A DNA stretch of 64,000 nucleotides from Polyangiaceae bacterium (lineage in GTDB: Bacteria > Myxococcota_A > Polyangia > Polyangiales > Polyangiaceae): the NCBI GenBank assembly GCA_050287085.1, contig JBNKBE010000003.1:143350-207349 (forward strand), given 5' to 3'. Numbering within the stretch: the first letter of the stretch is position 1; each line of letters starts with the position of its first letter. Below, in pieces: positions 10,201 through 17,309 of this stretch. Made by a program: the position numbers and the translations under genes. Under the pieces are notes generated by a model. That model ran no database searches, had not been told where the DNA came from, and saw nothing but the letters and a program-made list of their open reading frames with translations.

Positions 10201-11376
10201 CTGCTCCCTAAACAGGGTCCAGGCCAACTTGTAGAGGGCTACGCCGTAGAGCGGTGGTTTCCTGTATTGGAGTGAATGCTGATACGCGGAGAGCGCTCGA
10301 TTGAAAGCATATGGCCCGGCCCCCGTATCCAGCTGATCGAAATGGAAATTGCCGAGTTGCCACCAAACCTCCGCAACGTAGCGAGGCTCCTGCCCAGGCA
10401 ATACCTCCTGTACGATCGCCTCGCAATCCTCGTAGGGGTCGACGAAACGCAGTTCTTCATCGCGCGCCGCAACCCCCCCCGCGACGATGCTCGCATCATC
10501 GCTTCCGACCTGGTCGAGCGGCAACGGATGACGCCCGTACCATTCCCCCCAGAACTCTTCATCGTGGTCTTGCGCAAGCGGCTGCGGCTTGAGATCGCGC
10601 GTCACGGTGAAGCGATTCTCACAGACCAGGGCTCGCCAAACCTGCTGAGCCTGCTCCAACTCGGCCACGTCGTTGAGAGCGTGTCCCAGATAGTAGTGCA
10701 CCCCCGCGCGCTCCTTGTAGCCCGGAAACTGGTCGATGATGCCAAGGTACAGAGCTATCGAAGGCCCCAGCGCAGCTGGCAGCTTTTCAGCCGGCCCCAG
10801 CCGCGCTTTCTCCTCTTTGAGCGCCGCCAGCCGATACATAGCATCCGGGGTCGCTTCCGGATGTGAGTTGGCGCCCCCGTAGCGATCAAGGAAAGCTTCC
10901 AGTCGCCGGATTGCCTCATCGCGCGCCGCATCAAGCTGCTCACGTTCTACAGCAATCTGCTTGTCGAGTTCCTCGATCACGCGTCGCCGCCGTTCCTTGA
11001 AGTGATGGCGAACAATGATCGACAACAACTGCTCGTAGTCTTCAGCAGCGGCCACATAGGTCGCCGTCTCCTCTCGCAGCTCAGACAACGCCCGCACTTG
11101 CTCGGGAGAAGGCCCAGCTGGCGGTGGAGTAAGCGCGGCAACACTGCTAGACGCGGCGGGCGGCACGGCGGCTCCCGATTCGCCCCCTTCCTGGGATGAA
11201 GCAGCGCCACCAGAAGCGCTCGCCGCCCCCGCCGCTGGCTCTGAGACGGCGCTGTCGTCCGGCTCAACCGACTCCCCCTGGCCCGACTTCTGCTCCACAG
11301 CTCGGGCTAGATGAACGGCCAAGACAAGCGACGCTGCCAACCCATAGACCGCCACGCCGCGACCTTTGCGGCTCAT
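7201..11376 (-). CDS. Large periplasmic TPR protein (1391 aa), GltD/AgmU-like
   Basis: Signal peptide; TPR/YfiO-like helices (TPDAMYRLA, VALYKLAWTLF, AAMNGAFAYKQVGEYDKAIEMYELFI); ATGA overlap; order D-E-F-G as in glt/nfs clusters. Confidence 0.8.
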   Translation of the reverse strand: MSRKGRGVAVYGLAASLVLAVHLARAVEQKSGQGESVEPDDSAVSEPAAGAASASGGAASSQEGGESGAAVPPAASSSVAALTPPPAGPSPEQVRALSELREETATYVAAAEDYEQLLSIIVRHHFKERRRRVIEELDKQIAVEREQLDAARDEAIRRLEAFLDRYGGANSHPEATPDAMYRLAALKEEKARLGPAEKLPAALGPSIALYLGIIDQFPGYKERAGVHYYLGHALNDVAELEQAQQVWRALVCENRFTVTRDLKPQPLAQDHDEEFWGEWYGRHPLPLDQVGSDDASIVAGGVAARDEELRFVDPYEDCEAIVQEVLPGQEPRYVAEVWWQLGNFHFDQLDTGAGPYAFNRALSAYQHSLQYRKPPLYGVALYKLAWTLFREQRYQPTVQAFVQLLQHADELEAETGDPGTDFREEAYTYIAASLTYVDFAGPPPAHPYIPRNDVLDLEPDPIVAERKMSVALTRLQDPRLIPQEEKWTVEIYKALAREFSEMGQLHNAVQALELALAKFGLDRDAPKLQARAADIYDELARQAKEGSAAQDELNALALAARTRLSAFVGDSPWKKANEDDPEALIEAEELVRVGLQRAAADHTNFARAYLARAAEVQSSSAKGTLLAKATDEYQQAAQGWAAYIDQNPNAVDAYESRFWLADALHGLVSTQVENRVTPAAEEVERAIAAAEDVRDSNEDDLYLQPAAYYVVSVADQVLEDQYRLYEQTGGALGLRRRDNVEFSGTGADRQVVQEPVPKAVLRAALARDDYNRRIELANDPQKNGLTYAFQAAELFFVYGDFKHARPRFEAILEQHCGRNEWGYRAWEMLLSMSNFEGDAARSRELADGRSCAFDEETRAKEDAIRKPVRQGVAYLDARELYDAAEALPAGADRDAKWREAAAAYKKALDAAPDRDEAPEAAMNGAFAYKQVGEYDKAIEMYELFISRYGSETKLQQLVNGDAAASPPVAADPAQYAARVKFLKLAYDALASANVLFFDYPKAASTFDTIAGVQHFAPAARQEAAQQALSLYASLGDKAGMRRTHTALVGLGPDAATRAEADFVLAGAPLKRWDQFSPNTGANARARAEAESAMSAYYRQNADNLAAAPYVVEAAYWVAKMRQADGSGDSVWWQRAMNAFAQHKATAPRAADGSSSALGGRVAAMAAEGAYIMLDRQLAQAFDYDAGYHHFKGTPQEVLTAYRAAASDAKQWFDRLQRVVDDYAAPEWATAAVARQGTLYDSLRTGLFNARPPELQMFDAATEKKLRLAEESDNPVLQEKADAIRVRVENQWRDARDRELTSADQIMVARYGNAIAMARRYNVSTPAVVRAIQRLSFFTDVIGEAKLQSYTARVQGLDYRPGMFLRIRPGLVTSPEPNGLPPVAPVAVEVGQ

Positions 11377-13754
11377 TGTGTGGCCTCCTGCTCCAACACT
11401 TCGCGAAGCTCACCGTCCAAGGCCCGCTCTTCGCGAGCGCGCGCCCGCTGCAAGGTCTGCAAGCGCTCCAAATGGCGTGCCCGAACCTCCCAGGCTTGCT
11501 GGGCAATGCCAATGTCGGCGCGCATCACAATGCTGCGCAGCCGCTTGCCGACGACCGCAAAGCCGTCTTTTGCCGCTTCTCCAATCCAGCGACGACTGCT
11601 GCTTTCCACCCGCTCGAGGCCTTCTTTTTGTGAAGTCATCTGCGCCGCCTCAGCCGCGACTTTCACCCGCAGAGCCCCAACCCCGCTCTCGATCTCGCGT
11701 TCAAGGGCAGCACGCCGCTGCGCCAGCCGCGTATCAGCCGCCTGCAGACGCTGCCAAACAGAGGCCGCAGCCTCCGCAAACGCTCGAGCTTGCGGTCCCG
11801 CCACCCCTGAGGCGGCAAGCTCGAACTCACGCCCAAACGCCTGGCTGAACTCATGCTTGACACGTTCGTCACTCGCGGTCCGAACGTCGCCAAAGCCCAC
11901 CTGAAGCCGACCCAAATCAATCGCCTTGCGCAAGGCGTCCACCCGCGCGCGGTAGTCTGCGAGCTCCTTGTGCGTGCGAACCAGCTCCTGTTCAATGCGC
12001 CCTTGGAGGCCCGGCCGATTCGAGACGCCAAAGCGGTGAGCCTCCCGCAGTACCCGCTCCAAGCCGTTGGCGATGGCACGCAGCTTGTCCGTCTCCAACT
12101 CCACGCGCTGCAACTGCTGCGAGAGGCTCAGCCATTCTTTGCGAGCCGCGCCGTCGCGCTCGGCAAAGTCGCGCCGGGTCAGGGGCAACCATTCGAAGCG
12201 AGACATGAGGGGCGCCCGTTGGGCCCGCAACGCAGCCCCCTCAGCGTTGGGCGCTGCGAGCTCGTCATAGGCCAAAGCCAACGCGTGCCTTCCCCGAGCA
12301 ATGCGGTTTTGCAGGCCCACGGTCAGCATGAGCTTCGCGCGCAGCTCTGGCATAGCGCCCGTGCGGGCAGGCGAGTCAAGCACCGCGTTCATGCGCGCCA
12401 CCATATCTTCGGATTCTGTCACCAAGCGTCGAGAACGGGAGATGTCATCGATCAGAGCAAAGACCGGATCCTCCTGCTCTTGACCCAACCAATCCAGCAA
12501 CAAGGGCGGCAGCGGCTGGTCCGAGGACACCCCCAGACGGCTGTCTAGCAGACGCTCGTAGTACAGCTCGGGCTCGTCGTGCGCGCGCAGGAACTCTTCA
12601 ATCTGCTCCTGCACTGGGGCAAACTCCCGACGGACTTTGCGATAGGCATAGAGCGCATCTTCATACTGCTGAGCACGAAGCATGAGATCTGCCCGCAGGA
12701 GCTCTCCCTCCGCGAACTCCAACTCCTCAGGGGCGACCACGCTGAGCACCTCCAGGGCCCGCTGCGCCTCTTCGTAGTCTTCAAGCGCAATATAGGCCCA
12801 ACCCAGCTCCGACAATGCAGTGGGAAACTCCTTTGAGTCTTCCGGGACGTGACGGTAGGCGTCGACGGCGTCCAATGCGTTGCCGGTTTCGTAGAAAATG
12901 CGAGCCAAGGCGAGCCACGACAACTCGACTACCTGGCGCTGCTCTTCGCTATCCGGCTTCAAGCGCGTGACGTACTGAAACTGCAGAATCGGCCGGGCCA
13001 GGTGTTTGGCGCTGTCTGGAACTGTCGCCGCCTGCTTCGCGTCGGGTGCCACCGGGGGCTCAGCCATGGCGCCGCGTAGATACAACACGCCGAGCAAATA
13101 CTGGGCCTGCGGGTATAACGAAGCGAGCTTCGGAACCGCTCTGACGGCCGCCTCGGCGTCCCCCAACGCGCCAACGGCGTAGTGGGCCTTGGCGCGGGCG
13201 TACGCCCGAATCCCCGTCTTGTCCGGCCCCTGGAGGGTGTCCAATCTGGAGAGCAGCGCGGGAATAGCGTCCGGCCGATCGGTGCGCAGCGCCACGTCGA
13301 CCGCACGCCCCACGGCGCGCCCCAAGTAGGCTGAATACGGGTCGCGGTCCCCAAGACCTACGAGCTGCTCATAGCGATGAAGCGCTGTCAGCAGCTGCCC
13401 ATCGTGAAAGTAGGCCTCGCCGAGCATGAACAACGCATCAGCGTGGGTCGCAGCGCCAACCTGGCCTTGGGCGGCAAGCTCCACCACCTGGTGGAGGATA
13501 TCAATGGCGCGCTCGTAGTTCTTCTGCACCAGGTAGATTTCGGCGCCGGCCAGGCGCTGCTCAGGGGTCGCGCGCGGCGACTTCCACGCCCGCTCAAGCT
13601 CCTTCTCACGCCCCGCTACGACGCTTAGCGCGTCCTGCGCCTGGGACAACGCCTCGGACTCCGACAACGCGGCAGCGGGCGTCGTGAAAAGCGACGCCGT
13701 CGCTATGTACAGCAAAGCGGCGCTGGTGCGCGCAGCCGTGACGGCTTTCCGCAT
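11373..13754 (-). CDS. Periplasmic TPR + coiled-coil protein (GltC-like position)
   Basis: Signal peptide; TPRs (DALFMLGEAYF, QAQYLLGVLY, TALSELGWAY); long C-terminal coiled coil. ATG 13754 follows AAGAGG (ORF track start 13778). Confidence 0.8.
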   Translation of the reverse strand: MRKAVTAARTSAALLYIATASLFTTPAAALSESEALSQAQDALSVVAGREKELERAWKSPRATPEQRLAGAEIYLVQKNYERAIDILHQVVELAAQGQVGAATHADALFMLGEAYFHDGQLLTALHRYEQLVGLGDRDPYSAYLGRAVGRAVDVALRTDRPDAIPALLSRLDTLQGPDKTGIRAYARAKAHYAVGALGDAEAAVRAVPKLASLYPQAQYLLGVLYLRGAMAEPPVAPDAKQAATVPDSAKHLARPILQFQYVTRLKPDSEEQRQVVELSWLALARIFYETGNALDAVDAYRHVPEDSKEFPTALSELGWAYIALEDYEEAQRALEVLSVVAPEELEFAEGELLRADLMLRAQQYEDALYAYRKVRREFAPVQEQIEEFLRAHDEPELYYERLLDSRLGVSSDQPLPPLLLDWLGQEQEDPVFALIDDISRSRRLVTESEDMVARMNAVLDSPARTGAMPELRAKLMLTVGLQNRIARGRHALALAYDELAAPNAEGAALRAQRAPLMSRFEWLPLTRRDFAERDGAARKEWLSLSQQLQRVELETDKLRAIANGLERVLREAHRFGVSNRPGLQGRIEQELVRTHKELADYRARVDALRKAIDLGRLQVGFGDVRTASDERVKHEFSQAFGREFELAASGVAGPQARAFAEAAASVWQRLQAADTRLAQRRAALEREIESGVGALRVKVAAEAAQMTSQKEGLERVESSSRRWIGEAAKDGFAVVGKRLRSIVMRADIGIAQQAWEVRARHLERLQTLQRARAREERALDGELREVLEQEATQ

Positions 13755-13761
13755 GCGCCTC

Positions 13762-14643
13762 TTACTTGACCTCGTCATCGGTCAGCGCTTCGCTGCGGTC
13801 GCGCACTTTCTGCACGAATCGCAACGCGGGACGCTGCTCCACCGGAGTGGTTGCGCTCCCCTTTTCCCAGAGCACAACCTCGACCTTGGCGCTCTTGCCC
13901 TCATCGACGGTAAACGAGTGGGTCCGTTTGGCTTTGGGCTTGTACGCCTTCAGATAAGAGAACACCCCGTAGCCGTGTCCTCGCATCCCTACCACGACCT
14001 GGAGCGTATGATCGCCAGGCGGGACAGGGCCGCTGAAAATTGGGATGAGCTTCTGGGTGGACAACACCCCAGTCGCGTCCTCCTTTTTGTACTGAACAGC
14101 CCCGTCCATAACAAAGAGCAGACTCGTGATGCGAAACGCATTGCCGAGTTCGTTGCGAAAGACGATCTCGGCGTGGGCTCCCCCAAGTCCACCGGACAAG
14201 ATCGTATCGCTCAGCAAGGACAAGCGAGTGTGACTGGCGCGGATCCTCTCTTTCAGCTCGTCCACGCGACTCTCCAGATCGCGAAGTCGGATCCGATAGT
14301 CCGAGTCGGTACCTTTGGGAGCCGCTGAGCCCGGTGCCGCCGCCGTTGGAGTAGCGGGCGGCGGAGACTGAGCCGCAGGCTTCTTCGCCGCCGCTGGAGG
14401 CGGAGGCGGCTTCGTCGCGGACGCCTTCTTGTTGTCAGGCTTAGCGGGCTTTGACTTATCCGAAGGCGCGGCTGCAGGGGGCGCGGGCACGGCGGACTTA
14501 CGCCCGCTTGCGCTCGCGGCTGGAGCCGCCGTCGCCTGGGAGTCTGCGGGAGCTGCCCACGCCCCAACGGCCCCCCAGGACAGCGCGAGCCACACGCTCA
14601 ACACCATCCAGAACTTCCTCGTGCCCACTTCGCCGTTCCTCAT
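13762..14643 (-). CDS. Secreted hypothetical protein: Pro/Ala/Lys linker, coiled coil, beta-sandwich domain
   Basis: Signal peptide (AWA-A); LRDLESRVDELKERI coiled coil; beta-rich C-terminus (IFSGPVPPGDHTLQV..RGHGYGVFSYLK); GTGAGG RBS. Confidence 0.8.
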   Translation of the reverse strand: MRNGEVGTRKFWMVLSVWLALSWGAVGAWAAPADSQATAAPAASASGRKSAVPAPPAAAPSDKSKPAKPDNKKASATKPPPPPAAAKKPAAQSPPPATPTAAAPGSAAPKGTDSDYRIRLRDLESRVDELKERIRASHTRLSLLSDTILSGGLGGAHAEIVFRNELGNAFRITSLLFVMDGAVQYKKEDATGVLSTQKLIPIFSGPVPPGDHTLQVVVGMRGHGYGVFSYLKAYKPKAKRTHSFTVDEGKSAKVEVVLWEKGSATTPVEQRPALRFVQKVRDRSEALTDDEVK

Positions 14644-14711
14644 CGCGTCCTCACCACGCCCGCGCGAACCCCAAAGAGCCTGGAATTCTCTGGTACTCTA
14701 GCGAGAGAGCC

Positions 14712-14835
14712 CATCCAATCGAGGAAAAAAACGCGGAAAGTCCCGACCGCGAGTGGATTCCCCTCGGAATCCGCCGACGACCGGCGATGTCGGCGCCTGG
14801 GAGCCCCAGCGGAGACAAAACGGCTCGATTCGATG
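14712..14835 (-). ncRNA. Candidate structured leader RNA (five-way junction with U7 tract)
   Basis: 11/12-bp closing stem (14712-14723 with 14824-14835) enclosing four hairpins; see findings. Confidence 0.35.
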
Positions 14836-15156
14836 CCATGACTCAAGGCCCGCCCGCCGGTAAGACGGCCGCGCCCCCTCGGGGATGAGGTCTTCTGGTT
14901 GAGTAGCAGCCCCCCCGACATTGGCTCCGACCGGCGACCGCAGCGGTCAACACTTGGGCGGGCGCAGCAGGCGAACAGCGGGGCCTGGGAAGTGGCCCGC
15001 GTCACCGATGGCGTGCATGCACAGCACCCAAGCCAAAAAGCAAGTCCCGCGACGGACGACCAAGCGCCGCGCGGGTGCGGCGTAACGCCCTCCGTCCTAG
15101 ACCTGGTTGAGACCTAGTCAGCGGAGCGCCAGACTCGCGAGGACCCGCCGCGCCAC

Positions 15157-16095
15157 GTGACCACCCTGCTATCCATCAAGTCGTTGGCAAGACTTGGGCT
15201 CGCCGACGAGCACACACTTCTAGTGAGAAAATGTGGCGGCAGCATGCGAATCCCTGTAGAGCCACATGTGAATTGCTTTGCGCCAGAATTGAGGCGCGAG
15301 CAAGAGATCAGCCTGGTACACTTTCACGACGCCAAGTCGTACGGCGCGACCGTCCGGCGGTCGGTCGTCACCTTGTGTTTTCATGTCGCCACGGGACGTG
15401 CTGCCGCGCCCCTCTCACCGTTGCGAAGTCTATTGCCAGCCTCGAGAGCCAAGCCTACGTCCGCGAAGAAGTCCCTGTCGCCCAACGACGCCTCGGGTGT
15501 GGCGGACGAATTGTTGATGGTGCGCTACCAACGCGGCGACCGCAAAGCGTTCGCAACCTTGGTTGAACGTCATCATCGCCCACTGTACAACTTCGTCCTA
15601 AGACTGGTCGCCGATGGCAGCGTCGCCGAGGAGCTGACCCAGGAGACTTTCCTGCGGGTGGTACAAAGGGCTGCCGACTTCAAGCACGAAGCCCGTTTCT
15701 CGACCTGGCTCTACGCCATCGCCCGCAATCTGTCGATCGACCACCTCAGAAAACGCAGGCTGCGTCAGCACCCCTCGCTCGATCAGTCCCGGACTCGTGA
15801 CCCGGAGGGGCCAACCTTGCGCGAAGCCCTGCCAGATCTTCATCCGCGCTCGAACGTCGAACGCACTGCTGTTTCGGGACAGATCGCTGACACGCTGCTG
15901 GAGGCGGTGGCAGCCCTGCCTGAAGATCAGCGGGAAGTGTATTTGCTCCGTGAAATCGCAAACTTGCCATTCAAGGAAATCGCCGAAGCGACCGACAGTG
16001 GCGAAAACACGGTCAAGAGTCGAATGCGCTACGCCCTGGAACGACTGAAGCTGGCCTTGGGGGACTTCGAAGAGTATGCGCGCGAGCTCAAGTAG
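15157..16095 (+). CDS. ECF RNA polymerase sigma factor
   Basis: Region 2 DELLM..GDRKAF...AEELTQETFL...FSTWLYAIARN..IDHLRK; region 4 LPEDQREVYLL...FKEIAE...TVKSRMRYA. The real start is probably downstream (TTG 15421 or GTG 15499). Confidence 0.95.
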   Translation: MTTLLSIKSLARLGLADEHTLLVRKCGGSMRIPVEPHVNCFAPELRREQEISLVHFHDAKSYGATVRRSVVTLCFHVATGRAAAPLSPLRSLLPASRAKPTSAKKSLSPNDASGVADELLMVRYQRGDRKAFATLVERHHRPLYNFVLRLVADGSVAEELTQETFLRVVQRAADFKHEARFSTWLYAIARNLSIDHLRKRRLRQHPSLDQSRTRDPEGPTLREALPDLHPRSNVERTAVSGQIADTLLEAVAALPEDQREVYLLREIANLPFKEIAEATDSGENTVKSRMRYALERLKLALGDFEEYARELK

Positions 16096-16112
16096 CCAAT
16101 ATAAGGTGCCCA

Positions 16113-17237
16113 GTGCCGATGGATTGTGAGAAGTTCGACAACATCGTCATGGATCTGCTCTGCGGCGAGCTGGAGGAGCTGCCTCGTGCCGCGGCCCTGC
16201 GGCACATTCAGCAGTGTAGTCGCTGTCGAACCCAACTTGCTGAATGGCGGGCAACGCGCGAGGTGGCTCAGCTGCCGCTGGTGGATCCGCCCGAGGGGCT
16301 GGCGTTGCGTATCATCAACGCGGAGCGCGAGGTCCGCCGCGAGTTGCCTCTCGGCGCGCGCATCAGCCGAGCGCTGACAATTGCAGCCGGTTACGCGATG
16401 CGACCGCAACTCGCCATGGCGGCGCTGCTGGTGTTGATGGTTGGAACCGGCCTATTGCTGCTTCGCCCGCGCCCAGGGGCCCATTCGGTGGTGCGGGTTA
16501 CCGAGCAGGGAGTGCCCGCTACCGACCAAGAGCTCGTCGTAACCCTCGAGAAGCCTGTAGCGGAGCCGGTGGCCCCAGCGGCCCCGACGGCCCCCACGGC
16601 CGAGCCAACCCACACGCCGGCGGACAAGGCTGCCAGCGCGAGCAGCGACGTCGCCACCCAGCCGGCGTCCCCCCGCATCGCTGTGGCCATTGCCGCCACG
16701 GAGGCCAAAGGCCTAACCCATGAAGAGGACGCGCCCGAGGGTGAGGCTGTCGAGCCAGAGCTGGCACTCGCCGAAGACCAGCTGTATTCGGCCGCGATGG
16801 CGTCCTTTCGAGCCGGCGACTTCACCGGTGCCTTGAATCAGTTCGACGCACTGGCCAAGGGCGGCGGGAAGAACAGCGCCGCCTCCGAGTTTTACGCAGC
16901 GCTGGCCATCGAGCGTGCCGAAAACTGTGCCGCGGCCCTACCCCGCTTCGACGCGGTCTCTGCCCGCAACCCAAGCAACGATCTCGGGCATCAAGCGACG
17001 TGGCATAGCGCCAGCTGCCGCGTCCAGCTTGGGCAGGTGAGACGGGCGACGCTGGATCTGGGCAAGCTCTCCCGAGTCCCGGCTTATGCGCGGCAGGCCA
17101 CTCAAGCCCTGGCACAATTAGGTCAGGGCGCGGGCCCCCAGCAGGCCGCCAAAGCCGCAGCGCCCCGCCCGGCCTCGGCCAAGAAGACCGCGGGCTCCGC
17201 GGAACCGGCTTCAGGCCAGGACCCTGTCGCGCCCTGA
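16113..17237 (+). CDS. Zinc-binding anti-sigma factor with TM and periplasmic TPR/YbgF-like domain
   Basis: ZAS motif HIQQCSRC (Hx3Cx2C); TM AMAALLVLMVGTGLLLL; Pro/Ala linker; TPR-like C-terminus. Confidence 0.9.
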   Translation: MPMDCEKFDNIVMDLLCGELEELPRAAALRHIQQCSRCRTQLAEWRATREVAQLPLVDPPEGLALRIINAEREVRRELPLGARISRALTIAAGYAMRPQLAMAALLVLMVGTGLLLLRPRPGAHSVVRVTEQGVPATDQELVVTLEKPVAEPVAPAAPTAPTAEPTHTPADKAASASSDVATQPASPRIAVAIAATEAKGLTHEEDAPEGEAVEPELALAEDQLYSAAMASFRAGDFTGALNQFDALAKGGGKNSAASEFYAALAIERAENCAAALPRFDAVSARNPSNDLGHQATWHSASCRVQLGQVRRATLDLGKLSRVPAYARQATQALAQLGQGAGPQQAAKAAAPRPASAKKTAGSAEPASGQDPVAP

Positions 17238-17309
17238 GCCGGCTCGCCCGAGCGCCGGCTGGGCTACCGCGACTTCGCCTGGGCGGTTCTGGCCTGGGTC
17301 GCGACCCGC

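Noticed and set aside
14640..15117. ORFs 14640-15005 (-) and 14899-15117 (+) in the divergent region
   Set aside because: No RBS or motifs and low-complexity Arg/Ser/Pro composition; more likely regulatory DNA.
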